Below, in pieces: positions 17,509 through 26,164 of a DNA stretch of 47,905 nucleotides. Each line of letters starts with the position of its first letter. Position 1 is the first letter of the stretch. The notes under the pieces were generated by a model, which was not told the origin of the DNA, made no database searches, and was given only the letters and a program-made list of their open reading frames with translations. Origin of the DNA: a virus (taxonomy: Duplodnaviria; Caudoviricetes); the IMG/VR virus record IMGVR_UViG_3300044820_000192, positions 1 to 47,905 of that record; one strand, 5' to 3'. A program made the position numbers and the translations under genes.

Positions 17509-17814
17509 ACGCTTTAGCCTCCAAGACCTAGCAGCAGAGCCGCTTACATCTCACCAACCTTCACCGCAGATCATCGCGGTCTATTCCGCGCGACGGTCGT
17601 TTTCTGGCCCAAGTGGTCCTGGAATGGTACTGCGCTGCTGGTGGGATGGCGGAGAGCGGCCGCCTCCGAGATACCCCAGGGAACCGCGTGCCAGCGCGGC
17701 TTGATCCCTGGGGACTGGTGCGGATTCGCCTGTTATTCTCCCACGTCCCCGAATCGCCTTCAAGCAAAAAGAGCCCGAGTAACTACGAATTCACAAAGGG
17801 ACGGAGCTGAGAGT

Positions 17815-19101
17815 ATGGCTGCAGCAGCTACGGCGCGCGCAAGAACGACGGCACCGCGCGGGGAACCGGCGCGCACGGTCAGGATGCCCAACTGGGCCAA
17901 AGAGCGGGCGGTGGACCCAAAGTACTACACCAAGATGCCCTCGGCTCTCACCGAAGGACTCTTTCGCAAGGCCTCCCGCATCGGGATAGCGATCATCCAG
18001 ATCGTCTGGAACCGGACCGTCGGCTCCAAGGACCGCCCCTCCTGGGCCTCGGTACCCATCGAGGAATTGGCCCGGATCATCAACTGTGATGAGGACTCCG
18101 TCCGCAAAGAGATCGAGAAGCTGGCCGGAGCCGGCATGCTGCGGGTCCGCCGGCACGGCCTGTTCAACTTTTACCAGGTGAACGTTGATGCGATTGCCGC
18201 GGCGCCGGACATCGAGCCGCGGGTTGCCCCGCCGAAGAAGCCGGTCGAGTCCGCCGAGGAAGCGCGGCCCGAGCTGCCTCCGGCAGAGTCCTTCGTTCTC
18301 ACACCGCGCTCGGGAGCCCGGCCGATCCCGCTCAAGGCCGCGGTCCGCGGCATCGAGTTTATCTCCGAATGCACCGGCCGGGTGGAAGTGTGTACAATCT
18401 GGGGAGACGACAACTCGGCTCTGCGGTTCGTGCTCAGGGACGTCGTCTCGGCCTCGAACGGAGCTTCGGCACCCTCCTCGCTCAAGGCCGTTCCGCCAGC
18501 CCGAAACGGCGGCGGCAAGTCCCCAATAGCGGGTCTGCAGACCCGGTATTCTGGTCCGGACGAAACCCACAATAGCGGGTCTGCAGACCCGGTATTGTCC
18601 TCGCAAGCCCTTTCGAATCAACAAAACCCAACATCCGACTCGCTCAGAAACATGCTCAACGGCCTGTTGCGCTCCCGCTGCGGTCCGGTCGATGAGCGCA
18701 TGCTGAGCGACATCGCCGGTTTTGTGAAGTGCGCTACGCTCGACGACCTCCGCCAGGGCATTGAGTCCAGGGTGAATGGAAAGCGAAAGGTCAGTTGGGG
18801 TCTGGTCCGGTTGATGATCGACGACATCGAAAAGGCGGCCTTCAACGCCGGTTTCGCTTGCCTGGCCGCGAAAACATCCCAGGAAAAATCCTACCCATCC
18901 GAAGTAACCATCGATCAACAACTTGAGGCGCGTCTGGCCGCTATGAGCCGGGATGAGTGGCAGATGCGGGTCGCCGAGGCCGAGCAGAGCTTCAAAAAGG
19001 AACACACCGCCGCCTGGAAGCGCCAGAGTCCCGACCAGCGGCGCGAGAGCGCGGAGAGCATAGCCCGCGGCCGCCTGCGCGCCGAGACCGGATCCAGGTA
19101 G
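17815..19101 (+). CDS. Replication initiator (N-terminal winged HTH, internal iterons)
   Basis: IEELARIINCDEDSVRKEIEKLAGAGML wHTH; repeats in the linker as in lambda O. Confidence 0.7.
   Translation: MAAAATARARTTAPRGEPARTVRMPNWAKERAVDPKYYTKMPSALTEGLFRKASRIGIAIIQIVWNRTVGSKDRPSWASVPIEELARIINCDEDSVRKEIEKLAGAGMLRVRRHGLFNFYQVNVDAIAAAPDIEPRVAPPKKPVESAEEARPELPPAESFVLTPRSGARPIPLKAAVRGIEFISECTGRVEVCTIWGDDNSALRFVLRDVVSASNGASAPSSLKAVPPARNGGGKSPIAGLQTRYSGPDETHNSGSADPVLSSQALSNQQNPTSDSLRNMLNGLLRSRCGPVDERMLSDIAGFVKCATLDDLRQGIESRVNGKRKVSWGLVRLMIDDIEKAAFNAGFACLAAKTSQEKSYPSEVTIDQQLEARLAAMSRDEWQMRVAEAEQSFKKEHTAAWKRQSPDQRRESAESIARGRLRAETGSR
18524..18596. repeat. Two identical 27-bp near-palindromic repeats (candidate origin iterons)
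   Basis: CAATAGCGGGTCTGCAGACCCGGTATT at 18524-18550 and 18570-18596. Confidence 0.9.
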
Positions 19102-19119
19102 AGGGAAGGGGTTACAGCC

Positions 19120-19395
19120 ATGGGGCCGCTTCCGACGCACCTGGTGATCACTCCCGCCGACGTCGATCAGGACGCCCGCGATCTCTACGGCGAGCGGTGC
19201 CTCCGCTGTGCCGGCTGCGATCGCGACAACACCAGCGTCCGGCTCCGCTGGGTTCTTCCTGGTCTCTGCTCCGAGTGCGCGGTGCGCGTCCAGTCCGTCA
19301 CCGTCGCCGCGCCTCGCGAGCAGCCGGCAGCGCCGCCGCCCCGCCCGCGCCAGGGCGAGATGTTCGACGGCTGGTCCGGAGCGCTACCGGATTAA
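19120..19395 (+). CDS. Cys-rich hypothetical protein
   Basis: CLRCAGC...CSEC; RBS GAGGG. Confidence 0.55.
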   Translation: MGPLPTHLVITPADVDQDARDLYGERCLRCAGCDRDNTSVRLRWVLPGLCSECAVRVQSVTVAAPREQPAAPPPRPRQGEMFDGWSGALPD

Positions 19396-19490
19396 TCCGA
19401 GTTTGCCCTCGCGTTTCAGCAGGGCACAGACGGCGCTTGCTGTCACGCATGACGCCGGCAGGCAGACGACGCAAAAAAGGGAGAAATCAG

Positions 19491-19664
19491 ATGGCCAACA
19501 ACAAGTCCAGCGGTAAACAAAAATCGACCTCCACCAAGCCCGCTTCAGCCAAGCGAACGGCAGCGGCTCCAAAGGCGAAAGCAGCGGCATCAGCGGCCGC
19601 CGTGGCATCGCCCCCATCGTCCAAAGCACCGCACCGCACCGCCAAGGCCCGCGCGGCGAAATAG
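19491..19664 (+). CDS. Small K/A-rich histone-H1-like protein
   Basis: GGGAG RBS; MANNKSSGKQK...AKARAAK. Confidence 0.55.
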   Translation: MANNKSSGKQKSTSTKPASAKRTAAAPKAKAAASAAAVASPPSSKAPHRTAKARAAK

Positions 19665-19742
19665 AAACCCGGAAGGGGGCAACTCCGGTTGCAGGCGGAT
19701 AGCCCCCAACCCGGACCCAAGACAGTGAAAGGAGCGTATGGC

Positions 19743-20177
19743 GTGGAGCCGAAGACTGGAACGGGAAGCGGAGCGGATGCGGGAGGGCAACGCGGTCACC
19801 TTTCGCCGGCGGCACGCGGCCGCCGCGGCCTGGCGCCGGTGGCGAGCGTCCGGACGGCGGCTGAGGAGCGGGAAGCGGACCAGGCCCGCGGCGGCGCCAC
19901 CGTTGCCCCTGGAGGCAAGTGGATCCGTTGGTGGGGCTCCGATGCCCACGCCGTAGCCATCGAACTCCCCGGCCACCAGGTGTACGTCACGATGTGCGCC
20001 CGGGTGCAGGCCGTCCGGGACACTGCCCTGGGGCTGGGGGACAAGACACGCTGCCCTACCTGCTCCCGCCGTTCGGAACAGCCCGGCCTGATGCCCGAGG
20101 TTATCGGCCGGCTACAAGAATTTGCCATCAAGCACCGCGATGCACGCGGCCGCGAGATCGAGGAGCTGGCTTGGTGA
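19743..20177 (+). CDS. Hypothetical protein (H/C..CxxC)
   Basis: GTG after AGGAG; CPTC; start uncertain. Confidence 0.4.
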   Translation: MEPKTGTGSGADAGGQRGHLSPAARGRRGLAPVASVRTAAEEREADQARGGATVAPGGKWIRWWGSDAHAVAIELPGHQVYVTMCARVQAVRDTALGLGDKTRCPTCSRRSEQPGLMPEVIGRLQEFAIKHRDARGREIEELAW

Positions 20178-20413
20178 TGACACGGCCGCCGCTCCAACTC
20201 GAACGCGAGCTCGCCCGGTGCAATGCCGAGATCGCAGCCATCACCGCCTCCCGGGACGCACTGCCCGCCTGGATCGTCGCCTTAACGGTCCGGGACTGGG
20301 AAGCTGAGCGGCGGCTGATATTGCTGCGGCTGTCAGAGGAGCAAGTAGGCGGAGTGAAAGAAGTGGATTCGAGACCACCACATTCAGCCGCGGTGCGTGC
20401 CGCGGCCACCTAA
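20177..20413 (+). CDS. Hypothetical protein
   Basis: TGATG coupling; ELARC.AEI...DWE.E..LIL. Confidence 0.55.
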   Translation: MTRPPLQLERELARCNAEIAAITASRDALPAWIVALTVRDWEAERRLILLRLSEEQVGGVKEVDSRPPHSAAVRAAAT

Positions 20414-20474
20414 GACGCGAACGGCGGCCGATCGTGTAGGGCACGGTCAAGCCGCCAGAAAATGAGGCTTACGG

Positions 20475-20654
20475 TTGCAGGCTACCACACCGAATCGGAA
20501 AAACGCGACGTTTCCTCGCCGTCGCGAACCGTCCCACGAAGCCACCATCGCGCTGCTCAGCGCGGCCATGGCCCTCGCCGCGATCGTGCTCGGAACCATC
20601 GCCGTGATGGCGATTGAAACCTACCTTCGTCAACCAGGAGCAACATTGAGATGA
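20475..20654 (+). CDS. 59-aa single-TM protein (not in ORF track)
   Basis: TTG after GAGG; IALLSAAMALAAIVLGTIAVMAI; ATGA overlap with next gene. Confidence 0.5.
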   Translation: MQATTPNRKNATFPRRREPSHEATIALLSAAMALAAIVLGTIAVMAIETYLRQPGATLR

Positions 20655-21112
20655 ACAGCAACAACGCCAACTCGCAAAAGATCGCTCTCTCCGTCATGCC
20701 CCAGGTGCTGGACCAGCGGGCATTGATTCCTATTCTCGACGCCCACCATCTCCGGTTGAGGCCGGTGGCCAACATCGACCAGGCCGCGCGGTATCTGGAG
20801 AAGGGCAACCCCGCCGCGGTCGTCATTACCGAGCGCTATCTTCCCGACGGCACCTGGCGCGAAGTGCTGGCCCTGGTACGCAAGTACTCCGGAGGAGCGG
20901 CCACCGCGCCGGTGATCGTCGCAACCGCCAACGCACTGCCGAATCTGTGGATCGAGGTGCTCGACGCCGGCTGCGCCGACCTGGTGGATAAGCCATTCGA
21001 CATGGATGGCGGTGAAGTGGAGCTGCGCCAGGTGCTCGCGGAATTGAGATGCAGGGGCAGGCTGGCTGGGGCTCCCACATTGAGGGCGGCCGCGGCGGGA
21101 GGTGTGCGATGA
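20651..21112 (+). CDS. Stand-alone (pseudo)receiver domain protein
   Basis: VVITERYLPDGTW, PVIVAT, AG.AD.VDKPFD; Glu at the phospho-Asp position. Confidence 0.8.
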   Translation: MNSNNANSQKIALSVMPQVLDQRALIPILDAHHLRLRPVANIDQAARYLEKGNPAAVVITERYLPDGTWREVLALVRKYSGGAATAPVIVATANALPNLWIEVLDAGCADLVDKPFDMDGGEVELRQVLAELRCRGRLAGAPTLRAAAAGGVR

Positions 21113-21459
21113 GCCTTGAGCCAACGCCTCGGGACCGCGCCACACGGGTGGTGAGCGACTGGTGGAGCACCGTTGACCGTTTCACCGATTGCCCCCAGTC
21201 CGGAGCGCTCATAGAGGCCATTTGGAAGGCGCAGATCGAGAACGCGAACATCGAGCTCGAAGCAAAGCGCGAGGCGCAGGCGAAGCTCGCGCGACTTACA
21301 GATGCCATAGCGGAATTCATCGCCGCAACCCGGCAGGTTCTGGAAGGTACGGCGCGGAGCGCTTCGCGGGACATATCGACCGTGACAACTCTGCGGTTGC
21401 GCGACGCCGAGGACGTCATGGAGCCGGTATCCGAGGAGGATGGTGGCCATGGCGCATAG
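21109..21459 (+). CDS. Hypothetical coiled-coil protein
   Basis: GGAGG RBS, ATGA overlap. Confidence 0.6.
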   Translation: MSLEPTPRDRATRVVSDWWSTVDRFTDCPQSGALIEAIWKAQIENANIELEAKREAQAKLARLTDAIAEFIAATRQVLEGTARSASRDISTVTTLRLRDAEDVMEPVSEEDGGHGA

Positions 21460-21772
21460 CTGTCCGACCTGCGACGAGGTCTGCTACTGCAACGGCGACA
21501 TCGACGACGTTCTCCTTGACGACGAAGACGCAATCGCGGGCTGCACTCACTGTAATGAAGACGGCTCCGAGGACGAATTTCCAGAAGACGAACCGACGTG
21601 CCGGGTGTGCGGATGCACCAACTTCAGCCCCTGCGTCGACGGCTACGTTACGTGCTCGTGGGCCGAGCCTGATCTCTGTAGCTTCTGTGCCCAGAAAGCA
21701 GAGCCGCTCATCGCCGTCTACTCCGAGGCCCAGGCCTCCGCCTTCATCCGCACCATGAGGGCGGGCGCATGA
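21449..21772 (+). CDS. Cys-rich acidic zinc-binding protein
   Basis: CPTC..CYC..CTHC and CRVCGCT...C...CSW...LCSFC. Confidence 0.7.
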   Translation: MAHSCPTCDEVCYCNGDIDDVLLDDEDAIAGCTHCNEDGSEDEFPEDEPTCRVCGCTNFSPCVDGYVTCSWAEPDLCSFCAQKAEPLIAVYSEAQASAFIRTMRAGA

Positions 21773-22017
21773 ACGACAAGCGGATCGCAGACTTACGGGA
21801 GCAAGCCGCCAACGAACTGGGCCTCCTTCCGGGCGAAGTGACTTCCACGCTGCGCTATTCGGACTGGCTCGAAGCCGAACTGATCCGCGTGCGCAAACAC
21901 CGGGACGAACTGATCGTCGCCAGGCGAGCTTTGGAATCGAGAGTTGGAGCGCTTACCGTGCATCGCCTTCACTCCCGCATCGGAAAGGAGGCCGCGCGTC
22001 ATGCCGATCCGCGCTGA
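21769..22017 (+). CDS. Hypothetical protein
   Basis: Coupled to neighbours. Confidence 0.55.
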   Translation: MNDKRIADLREQAANELGLLPGEVTSTLRYSDWLEAELIRVRKHRDELIVARRALESRVGALTVHRLHSRIGKEAARHADPR

Positions 22018-22408
22018 CCTCCGCCATTTCTACCGTGGCCCGGCGTGGCGTGCGACCCGCGAGTGCATCCTCGCCCGCGCCAAGAATCGCTGCGAGCAAT
22101 GCCGCGTGCCAAACCACGCCTCGATCGAGCGCGGCAGCCATGGAGTCTGGAGGCTGATCGCAGCCCCCACCGGAACGCCGTGGCGCAACACGAACGGAAA
22201 TCAGACCACGTTCGAGCCGGTAGACAGGCACCGCACTCGAATCGTACTCACGATCGCGCACCTGAACCACATTGCGGGAGAGGATCACGACGAGAACCTC
22301 AAGGCGCTATGCCAGTGGTGTCACCTGAATTACGACAAGCTACACCACAAGCAGACGCGGTCCGTGCGCAAAGATGCCGCGCGGCCGCTGCTGCGGGAAA
22401 GACTTTAG
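22001..22408 (+). CDS. HNH-like endonuclease
   Basis: RCEQC...LTIAHLNH...NLKALCQWCHLNYD. Confidence 0.8.
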   Translation: MPIRADLRHFYRGPAWRATRECILARAKNRCEQCRVPNHASIERGSHGVWRLIAAPTGTPWRNTNGNQTTFEPVDRHRTRIVLTIAHLNHIAGEDHDENLKALCQWCHLNYDKLHHKQTRSVRKDAARPLLRERL

Positions 22409-22436
22409 GCAGTTAGTAGTTGATTCCAAGGAGAAC

Positions 22437-23144
22437 ATGAAAACCACATTTAAAGCAGTTTTACTGACGCTCTGCGCAACGCTGCTTGCGCTGGCGGTCC
22501 CCGTCCCTGGTGGCGGTCCGAAGTCGCTCACCAACTCACCCTCGCCGCTTGGCGTCGGGTATGTGCAGCAGGTTCGCGTTCGCGTGATCCCCGGCTATCA
22601 GTGCAAGGTGTATGTTGGCGCCAGCTATCTCAATCGATCCACTTATGCAGGAACTTACGCTGTCCTTTATCCCAATGCCACCGGCGGCTGGAGCGAAGAG
22701 TGGGCGCTGGCCGACCCGCGGGGCATGGATGGCATCGACCTGAGCCAGATTTACGTGGCCGGCGACTGTTCCGGGGAGCAGGTGACGGTGTTCTGGTACC
22801 AGACGGGTTCCGTCCCCAGCGCGAAGCTCACCCCGTTCTCTGCCGGCCCTAAGACGCCGGGGGCTAACTACGTGACGATTTGGGGAGGGAGCACAACGTT
22901 GGCGTCGGTGATCCAGGTGTGGGTTATCCCTGGGTTCGTCGGCAAGATCGACCTCGCCCGCTCGGCTGGATTTCCATTTGCCGTGCTCTACCCGAACACC
23001 GGCAACCCGGCGCAGTCTTCGGCACGCAGTGAGCGCTGGGAGCTTTACGACCAGTCCTCGCAGCTCCGGCCGGATCTGATTCTACTCGCGACGGATGTAC
23101 CAGGTGAGTCCGCGCTGGTCACGTTGTGGAAATTTGGCGCTTAG
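22437..23144 (+). CDS. Exported protein with two tandem beta domains
   Basis: Signal peptide MKTTFKAVLLTLCATLLALA; internal repeat VIPG.xKV...AVLYPN...SExW.L twice. Confidence 0.75.
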   Translation: MKTTFKAVLLTLCATLLALAVPVPGGGPKSLTNSPSPLGVGYVQQVRVRVIPGYQCKVYVGASYLNRSTYAGTYAVLYPNATGGWSEEWALADPRGMDGIDLSQIYVAGDCSGEQVTVFWYQTGSVPSAKLTPFSAGPKTPGANYVTIWGGSTTLASVIQVWVIPGFVGKIDLARSAGFPFAVLYPNTGNPAQSSARSERWELYDQSSQLRPDLILLATDVPGESALVTLWKFGA

Positions 23145-23230
23145 ATAGATGCCGAAAGCCCCATGGAGGGAACCGGGGGCTCGATCAGAGATGGCCACCT
23201 GATCCTGATGAGGCAGGCCAAGGAGAATCC

Positions 23231-23419
23231 GTGAAAGCTGGCGTCCGGATGGAAATAACCATCGAGGTTTCCAGCAAGGAGCGGCCAGTGAGGCTCCTGG
23301 CGGAGATCGTCGAGGTCTCCAGGGTCCAACCAGGAGCCGATACGGCCGAGGTCTCTTTCAACGTATTGGAAGTCCTCGACGACGGCGGCCCGGCAGTCGA
23401 GAGAGGAGAGGTCCATTGA
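23231..23419 (+). CDS. Hypothetical protein
   Basis: GTG after AGGAG. Confidence 0.5.
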   Translation: MKAGVRMEITIEVSSKERPVRLLAEIVEVSRVQPGADTAEVSFNVLEVLDDGGPAVERGEVH

Positions 23420-23601
23420 AAGCGATCTGCGATTTTACAGCGAGTTTCGAGATGCGGTGCCCCATCTGCGCCGCTGTGGCACCTGCCAACGTCCCACACC
23501 ACTGCGAGGTCGAGGAGGTCAGAACGATCACTCCTGCGGCCGCCGCGATCCGCCAGGCTCGGAGGGAGCGCCGGAAGAAGGCTCGTGGAGGAAACGCCTG
23601 A
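23416..23601 (+). CDS. Small zinc-finger protein
   Basis: CPIC...HHC; GGAG RBS. Confidence 0.55.
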   Translation: MKAICDFTASFEMRCPICAAVAPANVPHHCEVEEVRTITPAAAAIRQARRERRKKARGGNA

Positions 23602-23746
23602 TGATGGCAATTACCTCTCGTGATGCCATACAACATCCACTACCACATCAACCCGCGGTTTTTCCGCGATCACGACGGCGATCTCTGGGTCATCTGCGAG
23701 AACTGCGGCGTTCGCCCAGTCCCACGCTTTCAGGAGCGCCGTCTCT

Positions 23747-24076
23747 ATGAAAAAGGCGTCCGCCTCCCAAGAAGTCGCCGTCGTCTGCCTGACCCAGAAG
23801 GAGGTCAACTCCCTCATCCGAATCGTTGGGTGCTACCAGGGCTTTCTCGAAGACCTGATCGATAGCGCGCTCGCGCCCGGCGAACTCACGCCCCGCGATC
23901 CCGGCCTGGCTCCCGCTATCGCCCAGGATCGCCGCCGCTGGCGCGAAGCGGAGAACTTGGTTATCCTTCTCTCCGGTTCCCAAAAACAGTGTCTCCGCAA
24001 ATCCCCGCCCGCCTCTTCCGCCCCGAAGTCGAAGACCCCGCCATGCTCCGCCCCCCATCTTCCGGCGAAAAGGTAG
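23747..24076 (+). CDS. Hypothetical protein
   Basis: AGGAG upstream; helical composition. Confidence 0.45.
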   Translation: MKKASASQEVAVVCLTQKEVNSLIRIVGCYQGFLEDLIDSALAPGELTPRDPGLAPAIAQDRRRWREAENLVILLSGSQKQCLRKSPPASSAPKSKTPPCSAPHLPAKR

Positions 24077-24447
24077 CCATCGCGCTCGGCCTGCTGCGTC
24101 TCACGCGGGCCGGGCGCATCGGCCCCGTGTGGATCGACGGCGACCACATCTCGATCGCCCCGCTGGCCGTTCCCCAGGGATCGACCCATTGGGATAACCG
24201 CACGTTGTGGAGTTGGGCCCGGGCCGCAAACCTGGTGATGACGTACTGGGACCGCGACCTTCAAAGCGAGGCTGTGGCAACTGCGGCGGCCGTGGCAGGG
24301 GGCGAGTCCGCCGCAGACGGGCCGTCCGGCCAGCGTATCCGCCGGCGCAGCTCGTACTCGTCCCGCACTATCTGCTCGATCGATGCGGGATGCAGCCCGA
24401 ACAGCGCCGAGAGGTGCATCACCGGTTTCCCGCCATCGAACAGTTGA
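24043..24447 (+). CDS. Hypothetical protein
   Basis: Protein-like N-half; C-part antisense to XRE gene. Confidence 0.4.
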   Translation: MLRPPSSGEKVAIALGLLRLTRAGRIGPVWIDGDHISIAPLAVPQGSTHWDNRTLWSWARAANLVMTYWDRDLQSEAVATAAAVAGGESAADGPSGQRIRRRSSYSSRTICSIDAGCSPNSAERCITGFPPSNS

Positions 24448-24800
24448 GTAATGCACTCACTTTGCACATGCACGTCCCCGCGCGCCGGAATGATGCCGCA
24501 GAAAGCGCAGGCCCCCCCTCGGCCATCGCCGGCGGCACCGAATTCTCCCAGAACGCGCCGCGATGGGCTGGAACTCCGCACCAGGATGTGGTCATCCAAC
24601 CCCAGCAGATAATCGGGACTCACCCCCAGCACCCGGCACAGTTTCAGCAGCGTGCTCAGCCGCATATCGGTAGCCAGGCCGGACTCTAAACCGGACAGCG
24701 TCGCCGGGGAGATTCCCGCTTCCCTGGCGAGCCGAAACTCGGTGAGGCGGTACTGATGGCGAAGCCTAATCAGCCTCCGCGGGAGTACTGACTTGAGCAT
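24261..24800 (-). CDS. XRE-family HTH regulator with CxxC..H...C motif and second HTH-like segment
   Basis: LAREAGISPATLSGLESG...LSTLLKLCRVLGVSPDYLLG. Confidence 0.8.
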   Translation of the reverse strand: MLKSVLPRRLIRLRHQYRLTEFRLAREAGISPATLSGLESGLATDMRLSTLLKLCRVLGVSPDYLLGLDDHILVRSSSPSRRVLGEFGAAGDGRGGACAFCGIIPARGDVHVQSECITQLFDGGKPVMHLSALFGLHPASIEQIVRDEYELRRRIRWPDGPSAADSPPATAAAVATASL

Positions 24801-24904
24801 GGTCCTGATTTCCAACTGGAAGAGTTTTCAGTTAATTGTATCCTTTTACGGGATGGTCACCGCTACTCATCCGAAAATTCGGCCACATTCTAAATACTTT
24901 AGCC

Positions 24905-25474
24905 ATGGGCTTCACCCCTTCCGTGGCGTCGCGACGTTCCGTCGCCGCCCGGAATCGGCTGGTAGAAGAAAACCAGCACTTGATCCGTCCGATCGCCGCG
25001 GCGCTATCCCGCCGCCTTCCTCCCTGCTTCCCGATCGAGGACCTCGAACAATGGGGGGCCTGTGGGCTCCTGGACGCCGCAGAACGCTTCCAAGAGGGCC
25101 GCGAGGCCACCTGGGCCGCCTACGCCCGCGTGCGCATCAAGGGCGCCATCCTGGACGCCATAGCGGGCCGTTCCTGGAAGGATTCAACCGCCGCACCGCT
25201 CGACGATGCGGCAATTCGCACCGTCGCCGACAGCTCGGCCGTGCCTATCGACCAGGAACTCGAGCGCCGCGAGCGGATCCAGATTCTCCGCCAGGCCATC
25301 GCCGGCCTCCCCGAGCGCCAGCGCACGGTGATCGAGCTGCGCTATGGCCGCGACACCGAGATAACCCAGGAGAGCGCCGGAGCCTCCATGGGCGTAACTC
25401 AGCAGAGAGTGAATGAACTCGAACGGGAGGCTCTCGCCAGGCTCCGCCGGCGCTTGCTCCCCAGGACTGCCTGA
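24905..25474 (+). CDS. RNA polymerase sigma factor, FliA/WhiG-like (regions 2 and 4)
   Basis: DLEQWGACGLLDAAERF...YARVRIKGAILD; LPERQRTVIELRY...TQ...GVTQQRVNELE. Confidence 0.88.
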   Translation: MGFTPSVASRRSVAARNRLVEENQHLIRPIAAALSRRLPPCFPIEDLEQWGACGLLDAAERFQEGREATWAAYARVRIKGAILDAIAGRSWKDSTAAPLDDAAIRTVADSSAVPIDQELERRERIQILRQAIAGLPERQRTVIELRYGRDTEITQESAGASMGVTQQRVNELEREALARLRRRLLPRTA

Positions 25475-25523
25475 AAAAGACACACACCCTTGTAACCCGC
25501 ACGGCCGCCGCCGATTCATCGGC

Positions 25524-25964
25524 GTGGGCAAGGTTGTGTCAATCGAATCGGCGAAGGGGGCGCCGCCTCCGTCTCCCGATCCAGTGAAACGCGCCGAGCT
25601 GGTCGACGAACTTGGCCGGCTGACCGAACGGCTCAAGCCCATAGCCGACCGCCTCGACCAAATCAAGCGTCAGATCCTGAGCTGGTACGAAAGTGCCGAC
25701 GCGACGGAGAGGTTTGTCATCGAGGGAACCCGGTATGTGGCCGAAATCTCGCCCCGGGCCATGGAACGCCGGGTCGATGTCGCCCGCGTCTACCGAGCCC
25801 TTGGCAAAGAGCAATTCCTGATCGCCTGCAAATTCCCGGTCACAGCCCTCGATGCCCTGATCCCGGCCACCGGCCAAACCAGCCTTGTAGCAACCGCACA
25901 AATCGGCCCCCGGACCGTCAAGACCGTGCTCAAATTCGTGGAAAACGAGAAGGAGGCAGCGTGA
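25524..25964 (+). CDS. Hypothetical protein
   Basis: Protein-like; start uncertain. Confidence 0.55.
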   Translation: MGKVVSIESAKGAPPPSPDPVKRAELVDELGRLTERLKPIADRLDQIKRQILSWYESADATERFVIEGTRYVAEISPRAMERRVDVARVYRALGKEQFLIACKFPVTALDALIPATGQTSLVATAQIGPRTVKTVLKFVENEKEAA

Positions 25965-26077
25965 CGGAAGAATCGTCGGACGTCTTCAAGCGAAGCGACG
26001 GGATGTGGTGGAAATGGGACGGCCACAAGTGGAACGGCCCGTTTGAAAACGAAGAGGAGGCGCGGAAAACCACGTGA
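25961..26077 (+). CDS. 38-aa Trp-rich mini-protein
   Basis: AGGAGG RBS, GTGA overlap; DGMWWKWDGHKWNGPFENEEEA. Confidence 0.55.
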   Translation: MTEESSDVFKRSDGMWWKWDGHKWNGPFENEEEARKTT

Positions 26078-26164
26078 GCAAGAAATATTTTCGCGACCAG
26101 GTTAACTTTCGCGGCACCCAACTGTAGAATCGTTCAGAATTGTTCCCCGGCCTCGCCTGGCGCG

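Noticed and set aside
17790-17798. Second copy of the dif-like arm (TTCACAAAG)
   Set aside because: Only 9 bp, with no inverted partner arm
17791-19140. Long antisense ORFs (also 27862-29160, 35730-37151, 5050-6024)
   Set aside because: Shadow frames of real genes, typical of high-GC DNA, with no motifs
15601-20491. 13-bp repeat AGGCTACCACACC at 15601 and 20479
   Set aside because: Several 13-mer repeats are expected by chance in 48 kb, and the flanks do not extend
23601-23865. Small ORF with CENC motif
   Set aside because: Competing overlapping frames; the real one cannot be chosen from sequence alone
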